Below, piece by piece: positions 57,311 through 64,000 of a stretch of 64,000 bases of DNA (positions are counted from its first letter, which is position 1; each line of letters opens with the position of its first letter). The translations under genes were made by a program, and so were the position numbers. Below the pieces are notes generated by a model that did not search any database, had not been told where the DNA came from, and was given only the letters and a program-made list of their open reading frames with translations. Source of the stretch: Gemmatimonas sp. (GTDB lineage Bacteria; Gemmatimonadota; Gemmatimonadetes; Gemmatimonadales; Gemmatimonadaceae); NCBI GenBank assembly GCA_965279375.1, contig OZ257156.1:1632001-1696000 (forward strand). The letters are read 5' to 3'.

Positions 57311-57487
57311 GACTGCCTCCTCCTTCGTAATTGTCGAATATCAGGGTTAGCGGGAGTCGATGCGAAGCCCGACTCGCCGCGCGCGTATGCCCGCAAGTGG
57401 GACGCACAGGATCGGCGCCAGCATACCGTGCGTTCTACACACACCCTAGTACAAAGACGGCGGCGCTACGTCAAGCGCCTCGCGCGG

Positions 57488-58597
57488 TCAGATACGCGGA
57501 ATGTCCTGCACCTGCCCACGCGTGACCACGTCGCGCAGCGCGTCATAGATGCGCGGCTCGAGCAGGCGACCGGCCTGTGTGCGCAGATAGTCGAGCGTGG
57601 TGGCCGGCGGCAACGGGTCGCGATACGCACGCTGCGACGTCAGCGCGTCGAAGGCGTCGGCCGCGGTCAGAATGCGTCCGCCGAGTGCGATCTGGGTGCC
57701 GCTCAGGGCACGCGGATAGCCGCTGCCGTCCCAGTGCTCGTGGTGATCCTGCACGTAGTCGAGCGCTTCGCCGAGGTGCTGGAGGGGGCGCAGGATCTCG
57801 ACGCCGAACCGGACGTGGTCCTTGACGTGCGCGAACTCTTCCTCGGTGAGCGGACCGGCCTTGTTGAGCACCGCCTCGCGAATGCCGATCTTGCCCACGT
57901 CGTGCAGGCGGCCGGCGAGCCGGACGCGTTCGACCATCGCCGCATCGAGCCCCAGTTCGCAGGCGATGGCCGCGCCCAACTCGGCAACGCGATGCGAGTG
58001 GCCACGGAGGTACACATCCTTGGCTTCCATCGCGTTGATGAGCGTTTCCGCGATGCTGACCGTGAGTGCGCGCAGGGCCGCCTTCTCGCGTTCCAGCTCG
58101 GCGGTCCGAATGTTCACTTCCTCACGAATGAGGCGATCGTTAGCGCGTTTCTCGATGGCGTGGCTGCGACGACGCATCGCGCGCTCCACCGCCGACTGCA
58201 GGTCGGGGAGTTCGACCGGCTTGAGGAGATAGTCGAACGCGCCGGAGGAGAGCGCCTCGGTGGCGCTGGCCGCATCGTTGACGGCTGTGAGCATGATCAC
58301 GCCCAGATCGCCGTCGAGCTGGAGCGCGCGCGGCACCGTATCGAGCCCGCTCAATCCCGGCATGCGCAAGTCGCACAGCATGAGGGCGAACTTGCTGGCC
58401 GAGAGCTGTTCGAGCGCCGCCGTGCCGGAGTCGGCGACTTCGACTTCGAAGCCGCGGCTCCGCAGGAAGCGGCTCAGCGCGAGCCGAATGGTGGACTCGT
58501 CGTCGACCACGAGGATGCGGCGCAGTGCGTCGTCCGCGATGGCGGCAGCCGCAGCGTCGATGGCCGTGAACGGATCGGACATGGTCGGCGAATTCAT
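57488..58597 (-). CDS. Response regulator with HD-GYP cyclic-dinucleotide phosphodiesterase domain
   Basis: REC domain, GHSHRV, LHDVGKIG, HHEHWDGSGYP, ADAFDALTS.R.YR. Confidence 0.94.
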   Translation of the reverse strand: MNSPTMSDPFTAIDAAAAAIADDALRRILVVDDESTIRLALSRFLRSRGFEVEVADSGTAALEQLSASKFALMLCDLRMPGLSGLDTVPRALQLDGDLGVIMLTAVNDAASATEALSSGAFDYLLKPVELPDLQSAVERAMRRRSHAIEKRANDRLIREEVNIRTAELEREKAALRALTVSIAETLINAMEAKDVYLRGHSHRVAELGAAIACELGLDAAMVERVRLAGRLHDVGKIGIREAVLNKAGPLTEEEFAHVKDHVRFGVEILRPLQHLGEALDYVQDHHEHWDGSGYPRALSGTQIALGGRILTAADAFDALTSQRAYRDPLPPATTLDYLRTQAGRLLEPRIYDALRDVVTRGQVQDIPRI

Positions 58598-58604
58598 GGG
58601 ACGG

Positions 58605-61600
58605 TCAATTTATGTTACGCTGATCGGCGAAGACTTGCACGGGGGCATCGGCAATCGGCACCGCCTCGGGAGGCGCAATGAAGGGGAGCGACAGCGTCAC
58701 GGACGTACCGACGCCAACCTCCGACTGCACGTCGATGGTTCCCCCGTGCGCCTGGATGATGCCGTAGCTCACGCTGAGTCCCAATCCGGTGCCCATCCCC
58801 TCGGCCTTCGTGGTGAAGAACGGCTCGAAGATGCGGCGACGTACTTCGGGCGGCATGCCGCGCCCGGTGTCCGCTGCGGTCACGATCGCGTGGCTGCCTT
58901 CAGTACGCGTGGCGACGGTGAGCACACGCGTGTCCCACTGTTGCATCGCGAATTCGGCGTTGGCAATCAGGTTGAGAAGCACCTGCTGCAACTTCTGCGG
59001 GTCTCCGGGCACGCGCGGCAGATCGGGATCGAGCAGCAGTTCCACACGCACACCGGCGCTTCGCAACGGATACGCGCGCAGGCGCAGCGTCTGTTCGATG
59101 AGATCGTTCATGTCGAACGGGGCCGTGACCGGCTCCGTCTTGCGCGCAAACAGCAGCAAGTCGCGGATGACGGTCTTGGCGCGGTCGCTCTCCTGCTTGA
59201 TGAGCTGCACCGATTCGCGCTGGTCCCCTTCGAGATGCTCCTCGAGCAGAATCTGCGCGAACGCGGAGATGCCGGTGAGCGGATTGTTGATCTCGTGCGC
59301 AACGCCAGCCACCAGTTCGCCCAGCGCAACCATTTTTTCCGTGTGGCGAAGTTGTTCGGCGATGCGCCGATCGGCGCTGACGTTGCGTACGCTGACCACG
59401 TGGCCCAGCACCTCGCCATCCTGCGCCGTGAGCGGCGAGATGGTCACGGCGGCGGGGAATTCGCTGTCGTCCTTGCGACGATGCTGATGCTCGGTGATGC
59501 TGACGCCTTCGTCGAGGAGCGGCGCGTCGGGGCGCGTCGTGGGACCCGGCTCCACGCGGATGACCAGCTGCTCGAACTGCATCTCCATCAACTCCACCTG
59601 CGTCCAGCCGTACTCGCGCGCGGCGGCCGGGTTGGCGTAGCGCACGCCCACGCGATCGAGAATGAAGATCGGGTGGTCGATGGTGGTGAGCGCGGTCGCC
59701 AGCAGATGTTCGCGTTCGCGCGACAGACGCTCTTCCTCATCGAGGAGCAACGCGTCGAGTGCGAGCGCCAATGAGGTGGAGAGCACTTCGAGCGTGACGC
59801 GGTCGCGCTTGAAGAGCGGCGCTTTGCGTGGCGACGACACCACGAGCACGCCGAGTGTGCGGTCGCGCGCCGCGAGCGGCACGACGAAGCCCCATTCATC
59901 AGGGACCGTGGAGGCCAAGGCAGCGGGTGCGACGTCGCGGAGGGTGCTGAGCTCGCGCGGTTTGCCGTCGGGGGCGATGGAGGACACGCCCTTGCTGCCC
60001 CCCGGCCGATGTCCGCGCAGGACATCAAGCGTGCCACTGGCCGCGACGTACTCAATGAGGCCATCACGTCCACGGGCCACGCCGATGGCCTTGCCGATCG
60101 ATGGCACGAACCGATCGAGCACGCCGAGCAGTTCGTTGGCTCCGTCGCTGAGGGAGACCGCCTGCAGCGTGACGCGCGCGAGTTCGGCGGCGCCTTCGGC
60201 GCGCTGGCGTTCGAACGCTGATTGCGTGAAGAGGCGAGTCGTTTCAACGACCGTGCCCGCTTGTCGGGCGAGGATCGTCAACAGATCGACGTCCTGCAGG
60301 TCGAAGGCGTCGGGGTCGGGGGAGAGCAGGCGCAAGACGCCGGTGCTGCGTGGACCGAAGCGCACGACGGCACAAAGCTCGGCGGAGCCGCGTGTCCAGT
60401 AGCGCGTTTCGTCGGTGTGCACGATGAGCCGTGCGACGCCCGAGGCGAAGGCTTCCTTGGGGAGCGCGAGTTCGATGTCGCTGACGAGGCCCAGCTTGAC
60501 GGCCACGCCATCGCGCGTGGCGAGAACGCGCGTGAGTCCTTCGTAGCCGGCGGCGTAGACTTCGCAGACGGCGCTCGGAATGACGCCACGCACGGCGTCG
60601 GCGATCGTTTGCGGCAGCGTGTCTTCGGTGACGACGTGCGTGAGCTGCTGCTGCGCGCGCGCGAGCGCGGTGAGGCGTTGGGCGCGCCGTTCGAGCTCGG
60701 CGAGATTGACCGCGTTGCGGAAGGCGAGGACCACCTGCGTGGCGATGTCGCGGAGCAGCTCGCGTTCGTCGTCGGTGAACTCGTGGCCGGTGCGAAAGCG
60801 GACGGAGAGCAATCCCTGTGCACGATCCTCGAGCATCAGCGGAAGGAGCGCGATGGCGCTCAGTCCCATGGCCAGCAGCGGCGCGGAGGAGGTGTTGGGG
60901 TCGTTCGCGGGGACGACGTCAGCGAGATCGTCGATGAAGTCGGGGCGACCGGTGTCGAGCGACTGCCCGAGACGCGAGCGCCAGAAGGTCGCTGCGACGG
61001 CGTCGGCATCCACGCGGCCCGTGCCCTGCTGGTATTCGAGGCGAGCGGTGCGGAGCTGCGGGTTGGCCTCGTAGACGGCAAATCCGTCGGCACGCAGCTC
61101 TTCGCGGAGCACGCGGCCGACGCCCTCGTACACCGCCTCGCGTGTGACGGCGTCGGCGAGGATGCGCGCGGTGCGGGCGAGGATCGCGTTGCGTCGGGCG
61201 GCTTGCGCGGCGTCTTCGGCGCGGTGACGCGCGTCGATGGCGGCGAGTTCGGCGCGCTGGACGAGACGCTGGCTGCGCAGCACGAGGGCGCTGTGGTCCG
61301 CCAGGTGCCCGAGCATTTCGATGTCGTTGCGCGAGAAGGTACCACGCGCCGAGTTGACGCAGACGAGCAGGCCGGAGACGGCGCCTTCGACGATGATCGG
61401 GACAACCGCCATTTCGCGGGCGTCGAGCGCACGGCGCACGGAGCTGTCCACGTCGATCGGCAGTTCGCTGCCGGCGGCCCAGAACGCCTGGCGGGCCATG
61501 AGCGCATCGCGAAAGAGGGCAGGGTGCTCGCGAATGCGGAACTCGAGTCCATCGAACGGCTTGGTCACACCACTCGGCGCGACGACGACGAGCACGTCGG

Positions 61601-61808
61601 CCTTGAGCTCGAGGACGCAGCTCCCTTCGGCGTGCACGAGGTCGGCGGCGGTATCGGTGAGCCGTTCGAGCAGGGCGCGCACCGTCAGCGCGCTGTTCGC
61701 CAAATCGCGGACGAACTGCGTCAGCACGGCAGGCGCACCGAGAGCGCGCGCGCCGTCCGATCCGGAATCGGTGTGGGGTGCGTCAGATGTCGTGGTCACG
61801 ACCTGCAC
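58605..61808 (-). CDS. Cytoplasmic multi-GAF/PAS sensor histidine kinase
   Basis: About four GAF-like segments, PAS (YANPAA...YG), AHEINNPL, QVLLNL..NA, DTGRG, FFTTK..G.GTGLGL. Confidence 0.92.
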   Translation of the reverse strand: MQVVTTTSDAPHTDSGSDGARALGAPAVLTQFVRDLANSALTVRALLERLTDTAADLVHAEGSCVLELKADVLVVVAPSGVTKPFDGLEFRIREHPALFRDALMARQAFWAAGSELPIDVDSSVRRALDAREMAVVPIIVEGAVSGLLVCVNSARGTFSRNDIEMLGHLADHSALVLRSQRLVQRAELAAIDARHRAEDAAQAARRNAILARTARILADAVTREAVYEGVGRVLREELRADGFAVYEANPQLRTARLEYQQGTGRVDADAVAATFWRSRLGQSLDTGRPDFIDDLADVVPANDPNTSSAPLLAMGLSAIALLPLMLEDRAQGLLSVRFRTGHEFTDDERELLRDIATQVVLAFRNAVNLAELERRAQRLTALARAQQQLTHVVTEDTLPQTIADAVRGVIPSAVCEVYAAGYEGLTRVLATRDGVAVKLGLVSDIELALPKEAFASGVARLIVHTDETRYWTRGSAELCAVVRFGPRSTGVLRLLSPDPDAFDLQDVDLLTILARQAGTVVETTRLFTQSAFERQRAEGAAELARVTLQAVSLSDGANELLGVLDRFVPSIGKAIGVARGRDGLIEYVAASGTLDVLRGHRPGGSKGVSSIAPDGKPRELSTLRDVAPAALASTVPDEWGFVVPLAARDRTLGVLVVSSPRKAPLFKRDRVTLEVLSTSLALALDALLLDEEERLSREREHLLATALTTIDHPIFILDRVGVRYANPAAAREYGWTQVELMEMQFEQLVIRVEPGPTTRPDAPLLDEGVSITEHQHRRKDDSEFPAAVTISPLTAQDGEVLGHVVSVRNVSADRRIAEQLRHTEKMVALGELVAGVAHEINNPLTGISAFAQILLEEHLEGDQRESVQLIKQESDRAKTVIRDLLLFARKTEPVTAPFDMNDLIEQTLRLRAYPLRSAGVRVELLLDPDLPRVPGDPQKLQQVLLNLIANAEFAMQQWDTRVLTVATRTEGSHAIVTAADTGRGMPPEVRRRIFEPFFTTKAEGMGTGLGLSVSYGIIQAHGGTIDVQSEVGVGTSVTLSLPFIAPPEAVPIADAPVQVFADQRNIN

Positions 61809-61918
61809 CGCCCTCGCGGATCACTCCGCGCCTTCGACCTCGACTGGTCGTGGAAGAAGTCCCGCCTCGGTGCCACATCGCAGACCGAGGCGAATTGATT
61901 CCCGAGTCGTGTCAGCCA

Positions 61919-62740
61919 TCACTTGGCTGCTTTCGCCTCGGCTACCGCGCGATCGATTTCCGCACGATGGAGATCGTAATCGGCATTTTTCGTGGCGATC
62001 TCGCGATCGACCACCTTGAGCAGGAGCATATTGTACGTCTTTTCTGCACCGACGTCCTTCATGATACGCGCGGTGCGGGCCGCGAGCACCAGGCCGAGCA
62101 GATTGCCCTGCTCGTTGGCCAGCATCGTGTCCGCTTGCGCCTTGGCGATCTGGGGCTGACCCGTGATCTCGGCGATGCGCCCGAAATGGTACCGCTCGTC
62201 CTGCGACGGGGCGGTGAGCATGCCGTGCGAGGCCAGCGCCATCGGGGCGAAAAAATTCACGGAGTCGGTTTTGCCGGCCTCCGAATACTCCATGATGCGG
62301 TTGTAGAGCCGAACGGCGCGCTCGCTGGGGGACATGTTGGCGATGTTGGGCGCGCCGCTGCCAGTTGGGGCGCCGCCCGAGGGGCCATCCGCCGGTCCTG
62401 CGGAGGCGAATGGGGGCGCACCGGCGTCGGTCGCTGCGGGGGCCGCAGCCAAGTCGCTCGGCGCGGAGCTCTTGCCGCCGCCAAAGCTCTTGCCCGCGAA
62501 GTTGGCGACAAGCGCCAGCAGGGCGACAAAGGTGATGCCCCACGGGAGGATCGACGCAGTGCTGTTGCCAGCGGGTGCGGCGGCGACTGCGGCGGCGCGC
62601 GGAGGCGGCGCGACCTCGCCGACGGGGGTGCCGCAGCGGTGGCAGAAACGGGCGCTGGCGTTAAGCGCTGCGCCACAGGACTCGCAAAAGCCGCCGCCTG
62701 TGGGGGCAGTGATCGGCTCGGGGTTGGACGAAGAGGTCAT
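61919..62740 (-). CDS. Zinc-ribbon single-TM protein
   Basis: FCESCG...FCHRCG double zinc ribbon, TM helix, helical C-terminal domain. Confidence 0.82.
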   Translation of the reverse strand: MTSSSNPEPITAPTGGGFCESCGAALNASARFCHRCGTPVGEVAPPPRAAAVAAAPAGNSTASILPWGITFVALLALVANFAGKSFGGGKSSAPSDLAAAPAATDAGAPPFASAGPADGPSGGAPTGSGAPNIANMSPSERAVRLYNRIMEYSEAGKTDSVNFFAPMALASHGMLTAPSQDERYHFGRIAEITGQPQIAKAQADTMLANEQGNLLGLVLAARTARIMKDVGAEKTYNMLLLKVVDREIATKNADYDLHRAEIDRAVAEAKAAK

Positions 62741-62821
62741 GACAGTCGTAAGGTACCGGAGCGAGACCGGCAGCGTCCACGGTAGAATTCACGCATTCGC
62801 TGTCCACTTCTTCCCCACGCC

Positions 62822-64000
62822 GTGCCTCGTCCCAGCCGATCCATCGTTCCCGCCGACCTCTCGGGCGTCACCGCCGCCGAGATTCTCGACCTTGCCGACG
62901 CGCAGCAGGTGCGATTTCTGCGCTTGCAGTTCACGGATATTCTGGGCGTTATCAAGAATGTCGAGATCCCGTCGTCGCAGTTCAGGAAGGCGCTGCATGG
63001 CGACATCATGTTCGACGGGTCGAGTATCGAAGGGTTCGTGCGCGTGGAAGAGTCGGACATGCTGCTGGTGCCGGATCTGTCGACGTTCCAGATCTTTCCG
63101 TGGGGCGATCCGTCGGCGCGGGTGGGGCGCGTCATCTGTGACGTGAGCATGCCCGACGGGACGCCGTTCGCGGGTGATCCGCGTGGGACACTCAAGCGGC
63201 AGGTGGCGTTGGCGGAATCTCAGGGGTTCGTGATGAACGCCGGCATGGAAGCGGAGTTCTTCCTGTTCAAGGCCGCAGCCGACGGCCGGCCGGCGACGGA
63301 CACGCACGATGTGGGCGGCTACTTCGATCTGGCGCCGATGGACCTGGGCGAGGATGCGAGACGCTCCATTGTGGACGCGCTGGAGCAGATGGGCTTCGAG
63401 GTGGAAGCGGCGCACCACGAGGTGGCGCACGGTCAGCATGAGATCGACTTCCGCTATGCCGACGCGCTGCGCACGGCGGACAACATCGCAACGTTCCGCT
63501 TTGTGGTGAAGCAGGTGGCGCGTCAGTTCGGGTTGATTGCGTCGTTCATGCCCAAGCCGGTGTTCGGGCAGAATGGCAGCGGCATGCATACGCACCAGTC
63601 GCTGTTCGCGAATGGGCAGAACGCGTTTTGGGATCCGCAGCGGGAGTGGGGACTGAGCAAGACGGCGCTGCACTACATCGGCGGGTTGCTCAAGCATGCG
63701 CGCGCGATCACGGCGGTGACGAATCCGCTGGTGAACTCGTACAAGCGGCTCGTGCCGGGTTTCGAAGCGCCGGTGAACGTGGCGTGGAGCATGCGCAATC
63801 GCTCGCCGATGATCCGCGTGCCGGAACGGCGCGGCGCGGGTACTCGATTGGAGCTGCGCACGCCGGATCCGAGCGCGAATCCGTATCTCGCGCTGACGGT
63901 GATGCTGGCGGCCGGGTTGGATGGCATCGCGACCGAGGCCGACTGGCGTGAGCCGGTGAACACGAACATCTGGGAGATGTCGTTCCGCGAGCGGCGTCGA
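62822..64000 (+). CDS. glnA: Glutamine synthetase type I (truncated by window edge)
   Basis: Manual translation: [98 protein letters not shown]. Confidence 0.96.
   Translation, partial: MPRPSRSIVPADLSGVTAAEILDLADAQQVRFLRLQFTDILGVIKNVEIPSSQFRKALHGDIMFDGSSIEGFVRVEESDMLLVPDLSTFQIFPWGDPSARVGRVICDVSMPDGTPFAGDPRGTLKRQVALAESQGFVMNAGMEAEFFLFKAAADGRPATDTHDVGGYFDLAPMDLGEDARRSIVDALEQMGFEVEAAHHEVAHGQHEIDFRYADALRTADNIATFRFVVKQVARQFGLIASFMPKPVFGQNGSGMHTHQSLFANGQNAFWDPQREWGLSKTALHYIGGLLKHARAITAVTNPLVNSYKRLVPGFEAPVNVAWSMRNRSPMIRVPERRGAGTRLELRTPDPSANPYLALTVMLAAGLDGIATEADWREPVNTNIWEMSFRERRR

Overview
High-GC bacterial chromosomal window; gene content and protein style suggest a Gemmatimonas-like organism (inference, not verified). 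Most of it is housekeeping: a complete his operon (hisG-D-C-H-A-B-F-N-IE) with a His-rich leader peptide and attenuator, ispG, argH/argR/argCBD with tandem ARG boxes, a split pntAA-pntAB-pntB transhydrogenase, a serA-centred serine cluster, ctpA, two-component/c-di-GMP signalling genes and the 5' part of glnA. I found no rRNA, tRNA, CRISPR array, integrase or classical transposase. The most unusual signal is a family of three 170-200 bp nested palindromes built from CGGAT/ATCCG units (11757-11952, 23950-24122, 35261-35438). One copy overlaps the 3' end of a GxxExxY PD-(D/E)XK nuclease gene; the other two are orphan intergenic copies, and the arms differ between copies by compensatory substitutions. 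This is a candidate nuclease-plus-palindrome mobile system, analogous to REPIN-RAYT. Other points of interest: a plasmid-type replication initiator embedded among housekeeping genes, an acidic/AT-hook/PAKK histone-like protein, a degenerate Wzc-like pseudokinase, a triple MhqR-type operator, a perfect Rex/CRP box, and short tandem duplications at gene boundaries. All product calls rest on motif recognition by eye; no database searches were run.
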